The notes under the pieces: generated by a model
What the model saw: only the letters and a program-made list of their open reading frames with translations
The model's database searches: none
What the model was told of the DNA's origin: nothing
Assembly: GCA_010093995.1 (NCBI GenBank)
Contig: ML992513.1
Location: 1 to 64,000 of the forward strand
From: Elsinoe ampelina
Taxonomy: Eukaryota
Length of the DNA: 64,000 bases
Direction of reading: 5' to 3'
In this document: in pieces, positions 1-12,650 of the stretch
Position numbering within the stretch: the first letter of the stretch is position 1
How the letters are laid out: the number at the start of each line of letters is the position of its first letter
Translations under genes and position numbers: made by a program

Positions 1-1300
1 AGTATAGGTACTATATATATACTATAATAGTAAATAGGCTAGTTACTTTAGTAAAGATAAGATACTTAATTTCCTCTTATAGAAATACTTCTAGCTAACT
101 ATAAGGAAAGACATTAATAACTATATATAGTTATACTAAGTATACTAGAAATATAAGGTATACTACTATTACCTCTATAGTAAGCTACGTATACTACTAA
201 TACTAGACTACCTATAGTAAGAAATTATAATAGATTTTATTACTAACCTACTACTAAGTAAGTAGAGTAGTAGTATCTATAATATAGTACTAGTAATTAT
301 AGACTATTATACTAAGATATTACTATATATCTCTACTACTAAGAAGTATATATCTATAGAGCTAGTAAAGATTCTATGTAACTATATTATCTACTATTAT
401 AGTATTCTAAGAGAAATAGTAAGTAATTAAGGATTAGTCTTTACTAGCTAGTTCTAGAGTAAATTCTATTATAAAATACATATAAAGCATAGGCTTAGTA
501 TAGCCTTCTACCTATAAATAGATAGTTAAACTAAATAGTAAAACTAGATGTTAAAATAGTACCTAAGGTACTACTATATAGAGCTATAGAATAACTAGGC
601 TAAATGTCTATTATAAGTAGAATTTATAAGTAATAATAGTATTTATACTATACTACGTATAAGCCTCTTCTAGATAATATATAGCTACTATCTAGAATTC
701 AAAGTAATAGCTATTAAGTCTTAGAATAAGACTTTAGGGAAAAGAGTACTAGTAGTACTAGAGTTAGTATAATACTTATAAGATATATATATAAAGCTAG
801 TAGAGTAATAGAAAGAGGCTTCTACCTACTAGGCTAAGTACTATAATAGAAAGTATATACTAAAAGTATATAGTATAGGTAACTTAGTACTACTCTTAGC
901 TAAGAACTTATAGCTACCTATACTAAAGAAGAAGATAGAACTATAATTCTTTAACCTATTTTATATACTTAACATAATTAGATTATAGATGTATTACCTA
1001 GCTTTACTAAGTTAGTATTATACCTATAATATCTTTTATATATCTCTTCTTAAACTATAGATAGGTAGAGCTAGTAATAAGCTAAAAGAGAGTATATCTC
1101 TTACTAATAAAGTAGATAAGTAGATAGTAGAGGAGATTCTAAGTAAGAGAACTATAAAGAGTAAGGTATTCTACTTAGTAAAGTAGAAGAACTAGTCTAT
1201 TAAGTTTAATAGCTAAAAACCTAAAGAGAATTATATAAATATAAGAGAGCTAATTACTATATATATATTATAGCTAAGAGTAGCTAAGAAAGGTTACTAA
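1..1300 (+). pseudogene. RIP-inactivated Ty3/Gypsy pol 3' end: integrase plus chromodomain (chromovirus)
   Basis: After reversing C>T/G>A changes the frame reads GHFGKDKT..KYFWPTMRKDI, WQEITMDFITDLP, LVIVDRYTK, SDQGSVFTSQFW, STAFHPQTDGQTERQNQ, and at ~1115-1260 WIVEEILSKR..FYLVKWKNW..NSWEP (chromodomain). Many TAA/TAG stops. Confidence 0.9.
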
Positions 1301-1499
1301 AGGTATAAATTATAAAGTATATAAGTAGATAGATTATATAAATATATAAATAGAGTAAAGAATAGACTTCTTATCTAGGGAAATATATTCTTAATAAAGT
1401 ACTATACTTATACTACTATTATAGGTATTAACCTAAACTCTATACTCTATTATACTCTATATAAGGCCTTATTATAGGTATAGCACTAGAGATATATAC

Positions 1500-2660
1500 C
1501 TAGCTTATATATACCTACTTATCCTTATTATTATCTTTATTTACCTCTATACTAGAACTTTCCTCTATAAGTACTATAGAGGCTATAAGCTACTTACTAG
1601 CTATAATATAGTTAACTTTAGTAGTAGAACTACTAGAGTTATATACTATCTAAACCTATTAGCTATATTTATAATATATAAGAAGTATAGTCTAACTTAC
1701 TTTCTTATTAATAATAATTAAGCTATAAAGGCTATACCTAATCTTCTATAGCTCCTTAACCTTCTTATACTTAAGTATAATACTACTAGGTAAGCTACCT
1801 ATAGGCTCTATATATAGAGTTAAGACCTTATTAATAACCTTATTCTTATTAGTATAGTATACCTTAAGTATAGTCTTAAACTTCTTAACCTCGAGAGTAT
1901 TCTTATAGACTATAGTATATATATACTTCTTAGCTATAGTAATACTAGTCTAGTAAGAGGCCTTAAGCTTAGTAACTATATTATAGATATTAATATATAC
2001 GTTACGTAAGATAGATAGAAGTAGCTTATATATATACTTACTATAGGTATAGTATTTATACTTATAGTAGAAGAAGATACTAAAGTTACTTCTAGTATAG
2101 ATATAACCTACTATAAATTAGTTATATCTCTTATAAGAGCTCTATTAGCTTACCCTTAGTAATACTATTAGTATACCTAGTATAGGTATTAGTCTTCTCT
2201 TTAGAAAGTAAGAGAGTTATAGAGTTAAGACTAGTAGTAATAGCTCCCTAAGTACTAGTAGACCTTATACTATAAGTATTAGCTATAGAAGAGCTAGAGT
2301 TAGATAATATAATAGTTATAGGTAATATACTTATATAGTAAGAGGTTAATAAAATATAGATATATTTTAAATAAAAAAGAAAAATATAAGGAGAAATAAT
2401 AAAATTATATAGACTAACCTCTAGTATACTATATCTTTATTATAGCTACTAGTATAAGGTATATATCTTCTATAATACTACTAGGAATTCTAAGAAAAGT
2501 AATATTATTATTACTAATTAGCTTTAGTACTATAGTAACTAGATAAATACCTCTCTAGGAACTAGATTTCTAGGACTACTACTACTAAATAGTATATAAG
2601 ATATATACGAGGCCTTTATAAAAATGCCTTAACTACCTTATATTTATATTACCTCTAAAT
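1500..2660 (-). pseudogene. Putative antisense, intron-containing ORF in the Gypsy 3' region (RIPed)
   Basis: Minus-strand donors GTAAGT at 1700 and 2041 and GTTAGT at 2418, each with a branch-like motif and AG 50-90 nt downstream. CTT/CTC runs on + suggest Lys/Glu codons on -. Boundaries approximate. Confidence 0.45.
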
Positions 2661-2724
2661 AATACTATATGTTATATACTTCTAGTTTAGAGCTAAGAGT
2701 AGCTCTCCTAGAGGAGAAGGTAAT

Positions 2725-2911
2725 TATAAGGGCTTAGTATTAGAGTAGTACTTAGTAGTAGCTAGTTCTACCTACGTAACGTACTTAAATATTCTACGTA
2801 GCGCTTATACCTAGAGCTTAATAGTAATTACTTCTACTACTAACGGACTATTTAGTTAGATAGGCGTTCTCTATATTACGATATATATAGCTTTAATATA
2901 AGGCGTTAACA
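2725..2911 (+). repeat. 3' LTR of the Gypsy element, preceded by a polypurine tract (2710-2720)
   Basis: AGAGGAGAAGG, then TATAAG (RIPed TGTAAG) ... ending TTAACA. Fot1-like sequence resumes right after 2911, so the retroelement inserted into a Fot1 3' end. Confidence 0.65.
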
Positions 2912-4643
2912 CTTTTCCTCTTTAGATTTCTCTAGTATAGTTAGTAGTATAAGTAATTTTTTATACTTCTTACTCTTTTTCTTCTTTAATACTACTTTAG
3001 CCTTACAAAGGATATTAATTGTCTCTAGCTTACTAAAGATAAAACGGCCTTTAATAGTAACGTACTTACTACTTTTCTTATACTTACGTGTCTCGAGAAG
3101 CTATCGCTATTATTTAATTTTATACTATAATAACGTAAGAGCTATAGTTATTAATTCTAAATGTAACGTTATTCTTAAGATATATTACTTAACTAGCGAT
3201 TTAATGTTTATAACAGCTATATATATGTTTAGATTATAGTTAACTATATATAATAGTATACTAGAAGGTAGCTCTAACTATAAGACGTTTTTGTTAGATA
3301 GGACCTATTCTACTAAAGTAACTAATTAATTACGTAATTCGTGTAGTAAATTAGTAAGTACTATAATAGAGCTTATTAGATAGATACTAGAGTGTTTAAA
3401 GCTAGATTTAATATTCCTTATAGTTAGAGTATACTCTCGTACATATATATAGGATTTAGCCTACTATATATAGTATACTTAGCCTAGATTAAGGTAAAAC
3501 AGATTATTAATCTCTTTTATAAGAGCTATCTTTAATAGTAAAAAACAAGCTACGTTAAGTGGCTAGAGAATATATAATATATAAGGAGGAAATATAATAA
3601 GGTCGATATTATACTCGAAATAGAAGAAGGTAAATACAGCTATAATATATAAGCTATAGCTGTCTAGAATAAGGAGGCGTTAATAGCTATTAACGTTACG
3701 TGTTTTAGACTTAAACACTGTTAATCACTACTTAAAACTATATATATTACTCGTCTAGCCTTTATTTAATATTAAGAATCGCTATCTAGCTAGCTATAGA
3801 TCTAGAATCTACTACGTTATAAGGTATTTAGCCTTATAGATAATAAGGGAAAGTAGAGTATCTCTAGAGGCTTATATATACTCTAGGATTAATATCTACT
3901 CTTATTAGCTAATAATGTGTTTTCTAGCCTTCTTTCGGCAATGGTTATTCTTAGTACTAACTAGTACACGTATTAACTACGTTGTTCTAACTATATAACT
4001 TACCTTATCAAGGTTATAGACGTTAGTTAGTAGATAGTTATATTGTTTAAATAGGCTAGATAACACGTTAAAGAACGGCGTAATAGCCTTGTATATTCTA
4101 GCTTTAAGCCGTAATAACTCTAGCTAGTGTATATAGAGGCTTTAAAGCTATAGATAACATTTACATAGTTATAATAGCTAGTTCTTTCTAATAGGCTATT
4201 CTAACAACATTAGAAGAGTATTATTAGATATACGTACCTAGTAACAAATTATCTTAATTACTAATTAATAGAATAACATAGGAGTTATAGGTGTTCCGAG
4301 GCTATTAAGCTAAACGCTATAGACTATAAGTGTATCTTCTTTAGCCGGAGTAAGTAATTAGTCTTATATACGTGAGCTAGTACGTAATTATTATCCTTAT
4401 AATTGACCTTAGAGTATTAAGTATAGGATTTTAAACGCGTTAGTAGCCTGTCGGATTAAATTAAATTTGTTATGTTAATAGCTATAGATAGCAGCCTAAA
4501 TGTTAGCTTTAGTATATATAATAAAACAATTTAAATTATGATGTTTGTCACGTAAGAAGGAAGGATAGTTACGAAGATAACGCGTGAAATTTATAGGGCT
4601 GTAACTAGATCATAGGGGTGACTGGATCATAGGTGGATGACGT
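2912..4643 (-). mobile_element. Fot1/pogo-like DNA transposon, subfamily F, RIPed; 3' end interrupted by the Gypsy
   Basis: RIPed start codon at 4519 (MYTEADIQAA..); transposase colinear with the less mutated copies; 5' TIR (rc) ACGTCATCCACCTATGATCCAGTCAC.. ends at 4643, followed by TA. Confidence 0.9.
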
Positions 4644-4753
4644 TAACTTAAGTGAGGAGCGCGGCTCAGAGCGCGGAACCTCTATCGACTGACATCTTAT
4701 ACATAACTTAACGTTAACTAACTTCGTTAAATTCATGCTGACCTTACGCGGTC

Positions 4754-4862
4754 CACACCTCTCACCTCTCACCTCTCACCTCTCACACCCCACACCTCTC
4801 CCCTCACCACCCCCCTCATACCTCACCCCTCACACCTCACACCTCACATCTCCCACCTCACA
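4754..4862. repeat. Degenerate (CACCTCT)n C-rich low-complexity tandem repeat
   Basis: Four near-perfect ctctcac units followed by degenerate cctcaca/ccccac units. Confidence 0.85.
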
Positions 4863-5346
4863 TTTCACGACTTTCCAATGCTCCACGTGCCGCAGTAGCT
4901 CGCAGCTTCCACGATCTGACCTCAATGCGCCATAACTTGATACAGTTCCATCTAGTTACGATAGTTACCCGAATCCTCTTTCATCGTCCAGCCTGAAGAG
5001 TCACGCAATCGTCGATTTGACTGTCATCTGACCTTTGACTGATAGTACGCTTGTGTGTTGACATTCATCCGCCAGGAATCTGGCTAAGTTATCGAGTTAT
5101 CTGCAGCCCTCATTGCCCACCGAAGAGTCTGACAACAATGACACTTCTCGTCCTCTCCGCTCTCATCCTCTTCTAAGTTATGCTGGGAGTATTCCACTCC
5201 ATCCCGCTGCTTGCCGTTTCACTCTCATTCCCTTCTCTTGCCTTCCGTCTCGTTCTATCTCATTCCGTCTACTTTCAACCCAATGCAGAGCCTCAGATCC
5301 TCAGTCTCGGTCCGCGGGGTGACCAGACCTGGTCATGCTGTCGATA

Positions 5347-7222
5347 ACGTCGTGCGTCCACAAGCGACGCGCGTCCACAAGCGACGCACATAAAAAGGCG
5401 TCAACGAGGTAAATTCTTCAATTGCTCTATTCAATCAGGCTAGTTCGTCTCCAGAATCAGACTTAATAGGCTCTGGCTCTTCCTCCTCCGTATCCTCCGG
5501 TATAGGCTCCGGCGTAAGTGACTTTTGATGCTTTTTTTGCTTCTTCTTCTTTGTCTCTTCTTCGGCCTTACGAAGGATATTAATCGTTTCTTGCTCGCTA
5601 AAGACGAACCGGCCTTCGATAGCGACGCGCTTACCACTTTTCTTACGCTTACGCGTCTCTAGAAGCTAGCGCTGTTGTTAAACCTCCCGTTGAAGTAGTA
5701 ATAAGGCCGCCGTCGACGATTCGAATTGTAACGTCATTTTTGAGATATATCGCTTAACCGGTGTTTCGACGTCGACAACAGCCATACGCGCGTTCAGACT
5801 ACAGTTGACCGTACGTAAACTTGCGCCGGATTGTGGCGACCCTAACCGCAAGACTTCCGAGTCGAATTGGCCGTTTTCCGTTATACTTTCCGTTAGAGTA
5901 ACTAGTCAATCACGTGATTCGTGTAGCAAATTTACAAGCACCGTAATAGGACTTATTAGATAGATTCCGGAATGTCTAAAACCAGCCTGAATATTGCTTG
6001 CGGTTAGAGCGCGTATTCTGGCGTTTATATAAGATTCGGTCTACTATACTCGGTGTATTCGGCCTAAATCGAGACGTATTAGATTGTCGATCTCCTTCGT
6101 AAGGGCTGTCTTTAACGGCGAAAAACAAGCAACGTCGAGGGGCTGAAGGATATACAACGCATGTGGTAGAAAGACAACTAGATCGATGTTATGCTCGAAA
6201 CAGAAGAAGGCAAAGGCGGCCGTAACGTGCGAGCTATGGCCGTCTAGAACGAGGAGGCGTTGACGGCCGTTAATGTCACGTATTTCTGGTTCGAAAATCG
6301 TCGTAAGCCACTCTAGGCCGTGTGCGTCGCTTGTCCAGCCTTTATTCGATGTTGAGAATCGCCATCCGGCTGGCCACGGATCTGGAATCTAGTTTGTTTG
6401 GAGGTTTTTAGCCTTGTATATTACAAGGGGGGGTAGCGTGTCTCCGGAGGCTCAAATACACTCCAGAATTGATATCTACTCCTGTCGGCCGACGACGCGT
6501 TTTCTAGCCTTCTTTCGACGACGGCTAGGATCTAAACTGACTACTACTTGCGTCGATTGAGTTAAACCGACGCTAGCGCCTACCTCGTCGAGGTTATAGA
6601 CGTCTAAAGGAGGGTAGTTATATTTTTTAAACAAGTCGGATAACGCATCGAAGAACGGCGCAATAGCCTCGTAAGTTCCAGCTTTAAACCGTAAGGACTC
6701 TAGTTGACGGGATTGACGCGTCTTGATCTCCGGATGACGTTTATATAGTCGCCGTAACCACGTCTTTCCGATAGGGTGTAATAGAGCAGAGGGAAGTTCG
6801 TTGTCCGATATACGTGCTCGGTGTTGAATTATCTCGATAACGAGCTCACGGATAAAGCAAGGCGTCGCAGGTGTTCCAAGGCTATCGAGCTGAAGGATAT
6901 AGCCTACGAGCGTTTGTTCTTCGGCCGGAGATAGTAACTGCTTCGGTAGATTACGTGTAGTACGTGATTGTCGGCCGTGAAGCCTATCTCGAAGCGTAGA
7001 AGGCGGAATCTGAAACGCGTCGGCAGCTTGTCGAATCGAGTTGTAAGTATTGTTCCGATAGCCTCGGAGAGCAGCTTCGATATCTGCTTCAGAATACATA
7101 TAAAACAGCTCGAAAAATGATGTTTGTCACGTAGGAAGGAAGAATAGTTACGAAGATGACACGTAAAAAAAAATGAGGTGTGCGCGACTTGTGGGCGTGC
7201 GCGACTCGTGGGCGCGCGACGT
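5347..7222 (-). mobile_element. Full-length Fot1/pogo-like element with mismatched TIRs (5' end subfamily D, 3' end subfamily B)
   Basis: TA-flanked ACGT termini. Left TIR ACGTCGTGCGTCCACAAGCGACGCGC..; right TIR (rc) ACGTCGCGCGCCCACGAGTCGCGCAC.. Confidence 0.9.
5435..7099 (-). pseudogene. Fot1/pogo DDE_1 transposase (HTH_psq, CENP-B HTH, DDE), 555 codons with RIP stops
   Basis: Open for 207 aa (MYSEADIEAAL..YNLDEVG), then TGG>TAG and CAA>TAA stops; motifs LLVLDGHSSH and ILQPLDVACFSPLK. Confidence 0.92.
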
Positions 7223-7224
7223 TA

Positions 7225-8399
7225 GCTGTTACAAACATCGAATCGCTAGTTAAGTAATATATCTCGAGAATGACGTTATATTTAGAATCGACAACTACGG
7301 CTCTTACGTTGTTACGGCGCGAAATTAAATAACAGCGACAGCTTCTTAAGACGCGTAAGTATAAGAAAAGTGGTAAGCACGTCGCTGTCGAAGGCCGTTT
7401 CGTCTTTAGTGAGCTAGAGACAATCGATATCCTTCGTAAGTTAAGGCCGAAGTAGCGTCAAAGAAGAAGAAGGGCAAAAAGCGTAAAAAATCGCTTATAC
7501 CGTTGACTTCACCGGAGGAATCTGAAGAGGAACAGCAATCGTCTATACCGTCGAATTCTAAGGACAAACTAGCTTGATTTGATAGAGTAATTGCATGATT
7601 TAACGTAACTCACCTACGAGCGGTTTGTCCCTACAAGCGGTTTACAAAATTAGCTTTTTTTACCTTTTTAGTAATATCTCTATAAAACCTTAATATCCTA
7701 GCCTAATATTATATATAATGCTAGATACTCTATAGATCTATATATACTACTAATCTTATTACTATAGAAGCTTAACTACTACTAGTATTTAGATATTAAG
7801 TTTTCTAGATTTTATAACTTAAATTAGCTATATATTAGCTTTAAGAGAGTTATAATAAGGAATTGAAGAAATATTATATAGCTACTACTAAAATTTATAT
7901 TATATTATATTATTCTAGTATTAAATATATCTCTATTAAGAGATAATCTAGTTTTTAAGAGAATTTAACCTAAAAATAAAATTTTTAAGTTTTTAAAGCT
8001 ACTTTTTAGACTTAGCTACTATAAGAGCTTAATACTTCTACTATCTATCTTATATCTAACTAAATATAGTAAATATTCTAAATTACCTCTTCTATATAAA
8101 TATTTATTAAGAAAATTAGTAGTAAATTTTAGAAATCTAAAAGTCTATATTATAATAGCACTTCTAAGTTTTATATAGTGTCTTTGATACAACTTATAGT
8201 TCTAATATCTTACTAGTCCTATCTTAAATTTAAAGCTATATTAGCTATAGTTCGTAGAGATATTACTAAAAAGGTACAAAAAAGTAACTTTGTGAACCGC
8301 TCGTGGGGACGAACCGCTCGTGGGTGAGTCACGTTACCTCGTTGATGCCTTTTTGCGTGACCGGACTTTAGGAGTGACCGGACTTCCGGTGGATGACGT
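7225..8399 (+). mobile_element. 3' fragment of a Fot1-like subfamily E element, split by a MITE
   Basis: Transposase C-terminus (RKRKKSGKHVAVEGRFVFS). 3' TIR ..GTGACCGGACTTTAGGAGTGACCGGACTTCCGGTGGATGACGT followed by TA. Confidence 0.85.
7603..8334. mobile_element. ~730-bp non-autonomous MITE with subfamily C TIRs
   Basis: ~90-bp imperfect TIRs beginning ACGT(G/A)ACTCACC(C/T)ACGAGCGGTT. TA duplication; flanks rejoin to the uninterrupted GATTTACCTCGTTG seen in other copies. AT-rich non-coding interior. Confidence 0.92.
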
Positions 8400-9030
8400 T
8401 ACACGTGTCGACTGTGTTGTTCCAACTGCACACCTCTGGTGTAGGCTTGTATCTTTTTGCTCTCCTCATGGTTTTTAGCGCGTTCGTGACCGGGCCTCTG
8501 AGGGAACTGCGTCATGATCGATCAGAAATCTTAAGTTGAGGCTGTTTTCCGCGAAGTGAGAACATTGCGGGGTGTCGTTTTGTGATCAGTGTGCCATGCT
8601 GATCAGGCAGATAAGATGCAGATTCCTCTACGACGAATGTGCGTGTTTTTCAACCTCCTGACGAGTGTTCGAGAATCACGATGAGACAATAATAGCGGGA
8701 AGAAGAATCGAAGCACACTGAACAGAACGAAAGATGAGCTTTCGAGTGGAGACGCCTTGCAGTTGATTAAAGCTTGGCAACGCGACAAGGAATGCCTTCT
8801 TTTACGCGCTGCATCATCTGGCAAACCGGAGTCATTTACACAGTCCTGAGGACAATGACAAGAGCAGAGAGGATGACAGATTAAGCCCAAGTCAGGACTG
8901 GAGGACTGCTGCTGGCTGAGGACTGTCAAGCAGAGAAGGCACGAGCATGGCAGCTAAAGACTCGGATGATGCTGCATGGGGTCGTGCGGTGATAACTTAA
9001 CTTATGAAATCTTTGTCACAGCATGGCATA

Positions 9031-9768
9031 ACGTCATTCCCCCACGATCCGGTCACCCCCACAATCCGGCCACAGCCCTATAAATTTTACACGTTATCTT
9101 CGTGACTATTCTTCCTTCTTACGTGACAAATATCACAATTTAAATTATTCTATCATGTATACTGAAGCTAACGTTCAGGCCGCTATCTATAGCTATCGAC
9201 ACGACAAATACGACTTAATTCGAAAGGCTGCTAACGTGTTTAGAATCCTATACTCTACGCTTTAAGGTCAATTACAAGGACAATAATTGCGTGTCGAGAA
9301 TAATATATTAAGCTAATTGCTTACTCCGGCCGAAGAAGACACACTTGTAGCCTATAGCGTTTAGCTCGATAGCCTCGGAACACCTGCAACTCCCGCGTTA
9401 TTCTATCAATTAGCAATTAAGATAATCCGTCACCGGGCACGAGTATCCGACAACAACCTTCCTACATCTTTAGAGCAGCCTATTAGAAAGAACTAGCTAT
9501 TACAACTACGTAAATGTCATCTGCAGCTTTAAAGTCTCTACACACGCTAGCTAGAGTTATCACGGCTTAAAGCTAGAACATACGAGGCTGTTGCGCCGTT
9601 CTTTAACGCATTATCTAGCCTATTTAAACAACATAACTATCTACTAACTAACATCTATAACCTCGACGAGGTAGGTTGTATAGTTAGAATAACACAGTCG
9701 ACACGTGTACTAGTTAGTACTAAAAACAACCACCGCCGAAAGAAGGCTAGAAAACGCATTATTAGCTA
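9031..9768 (+). mobile_element. 5' part of a Fot1-like subfamily A element
   Basis: TA + ACGTCATTCCCCCACGATCCGGTCACCCCCACAATCCGGCCAC; ATG at 9155; truncated by the subfamily B TIR. Confidence 0.9.
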
Positions 9769-11645
9769 ACGTCGTGCGTCCACAAGCGATGCGCGTCCAC
9801 AAGCGACGTACACCTCCATTTTTTTTACGCGTTAACTTTGTAACTAACCTTCCTTTTTACGCGACAACAATCGAAACTTGAGCTGTTTTATTATGTATTC
9901 TGAAGCTGATATTGCTGCCGCCCTCGAGGGCTATCGACACGAGCAATTCAGCTCGTTAAGCGCTGCTGCCGACGCGTTTAAAATCCCGCGTGCTACGCTT
10001 CGATATCGTTACTACGGTCGACAATCACGTACTACACGAAACGAAGGACGTCAATTACTATCTCCAGCTGAAGAACAGACACTTGTAACTTATATCCTTC
10101 AGCTCGATAGCCTTGGAACACCTGCGACGCCTTGCTTTGTCCGTGAGCTTGTTATCGAGATAATTTAACACCGAGTACATCTATCGAATAACGAACTTCC
10201 CCCGTCTCTACTACACCCTATTAGTAGGACGTGGATACGTCGACTATATAAACGACATCCAGAGATTAAGACGCGTCAATCCCGTTAACTAGAGTCGTCA
10301 CGGTTTAAAGCTGGAACCTACGAGGCTATTACACCGTTCTTTAACGCGTTATCCGACTTGTTCGAAAAGCACAACTATCTGCCAACAAACGTATATAACC
10401 TCGACGAGGTAGGCGCTAGCGTCGGTTTAACTTAATCGACGCAAGTAGTAGTCAGTTCAGATCCTAGCCGTCGTCGAAAGAAGGCTAGAAAACGCGTCGT
10501 CGGCCGACAGGAGTGGATATCAATTCTAGAGTGTATTTGAGCCTCCGGAGACACGCTACCCCCCCTTGTAATATACAAGGCTAAAAACCTCTAAACAAAC
10601 TAGATTCCAGATCCGTGGCCAGCCGGATAGCGATTCTCAACATCGAATAAAGGCTGGACAAGCAACGCACACGGCCTAGAGTGGCTTACGACGATTTTCG
10701 AACCAGAAACACGTGACATTAACGGCCGTCGACGCCTCCTCGTTCTAGACGGCCATAGCTCGCACGTTACGGCCGCCTTTGCCTTCTTCTGTTTCGAGTA
10801 TAACATCGATCTAGTTGTCTTTCTACCACATGCGTCGTATATCCTTTAGCCCCTCGACGTTGCTTGTTTTTCGCCGTTAAAGACAGCCCTTACGAAGGAG
10901 ATCGACAATCTAATACGTCTCGATTTAGGCCGAATACACCGAGTATAGTAGACCGAATCTTACACAAACGCCAGAATACGCGCTCTAACCGCAAGCAATA
11001 TTCAGGCTGGTTTTAGACATTCCGGAATCTATCTAATAAGTCCTATTACGGTGCTTGCAAATTTGCTACACGAATCACGTAATCGACTAGTTACTCCAAC
11101 GGAAAGTATAACGGAAAACGGCCAATTCGACTCGGAAGTCTTGCGGTTAGGGTCGCCACAATCCGGCGCAAGTTTACGTACGGTCAACTGTAGTCTGAAC
11201 GCGCGTATAGCTGTTGTCGACGTCGAAACACCGGTTAAGCGATATATCTCAAAAATGACGTTACAATTCGAATCGTCGACGGCGGCCTTATTACTACTTC
11301 AACGGGAGGTTTAACAACAGCGCTAGCTTCTAGAGACGCGTAAGCGTAAGAAAAGTGGTAAGCGCGTCGCTATCGAAGGCCGGTTCGTCTTTAGCGAGCA
11401 AGAAACGATTAATATCCTTCGTAAGGCCGAAGAAGAGACAAAGAAGAAGAAGCAAAAAAAGCATCAAAAGTCACTTACGCCGGAGCCTATACCGGAGGAT
11501 ACGGAGGAGGAAGAGCCAGAGCCTATTAAGTCTGATTCTGGAGACGAACTAGCCTGATTGAATAGAGCAATTGAAGAATTTACCTCGTTGACGCCTTTTT
11601 ATGTGCGTCGCTTGTGGACGCGCGTCGCTTGTGGACGCACAACGT
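9769..11645 (+). mobile_element. Full-length Fot1/pogo-like element, subfamily B, lightly RIPed
   Basis: Matching ~43-bp TIRs containing two CCACAAGCGACGC repeats; TA on both sides. Confidence 0.95.
9893..11557 (+). pseudogene. Fot1/pogo transposase, 555 codons, multiple RIP stops
   Basis: MYSEADIAAAL..; stops at CAA>TAA, TGG>TAG, CGA>TGA; 3' two-thirds nearly identical to 5435-6600. Confidence 0.92.
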
Positions 11646-11647
11646 TA

Positions 11648-12648
11648 TAACGTGCGAGCTGTAGCTGTCTAGAATAAGGAGGCGTCGACAGCTGTTAACG
11701 TTACGTGTTTTAGGCTTAAACACTGTCGATAACTACTTAAATCTATACGCGTTACTTGTCTAGCCTTTATTCGATGTTAAGAATTGCTATCTAGCCGGCT
11801 ACGGGTCCGGAATCTACTACGTTATAAGGTATTTAGCCTTATAAATAACAAGGAGGGGGAGAGCATCTCTAGAGGCTCGTACACACTTAAGGATTAATAT
11901 CTACTCTTATCGGCTAATAACGCATTTTCTAGCCTTCTTTCGGCGGTGGTTGTTTTTAGTACTAACTAGTACACGTGTCGACTATGTTATTCTAACTATA
12001 TAACCTACCTCGTCGAGGTTATAGACGTTAGTTAGTAGATAGTTGTGTTGTTTAAATAGGCTAGATAATACGTCAAAGAACAGCGTAATAGCCTTGTATA
12101 TTCTAGCTTTAAGCCATAACGACTCTAGCTAGCATATGTAGAGACTTTAAAGCTGCAGATGACATTTACGTAGTTATAATAGCTAGTTCTTTCTAATAGG
12201 CTGCTCTAAAGATATAGGAAGGTTATTGTTAGATACTTATACCTAGTAACAGATTATCTCAATTGCTAATTAATAGAATAACGCAGGAGTTATAGGTGTT
12301 CTAAGGCTATCGAGCTAAACGCTATAGGCTATAAGTGTATCTTCTTTAGCCGGAGTAAGCAATTAGCTCGATATATTATTCTCGACACATAATTGTTATC
12401 CTTATAATTAACCTTAAAGCGTAGAGTACGGGATTCTAAACGCGTTAGTAGCCTTTCGAATTAAGTCGTATTTGTCGTGTTAATAGCTATAGATAGTAGC
12501 CTAAACGTTAGCTTTAGTATATATAATAGAATAATTCAAATTGTAATATTTGTCACGTAAGAAGGAAGAATAGTTACAAAGATAACGCGTAAAATTTATA
12601 GGGCTATAGCCGGATTATAGAGGTAACTAGATCGTAGGGGAATAATGT
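11648..12648 (-). mobile_element. 5' ~1 kb of a subfamily A element, inverted relative to 9031-9768
   Basis: RIPed A-type TIR ending at 12648; same RVENN-type linker as the 9031 copy. Confidence 0.88.
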
Positions 12649-12650
12649 TA

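Noticed and set aside
4700..4732. loxP-arm-like ATAACTT / TAACTTCGT
   Set aside because: No paired inverted 13-bp arms and no recombinase gene in the window.
4735..4935. ORF, or telomere-like repeat
   Set aside because: Low-complexity translation; the unit is not CCCTAA and the position is internal.
8603..8929. 108-aa ORF in the un-RIPed island
   Set aside because: Non-ATG start and no recognisable homology.
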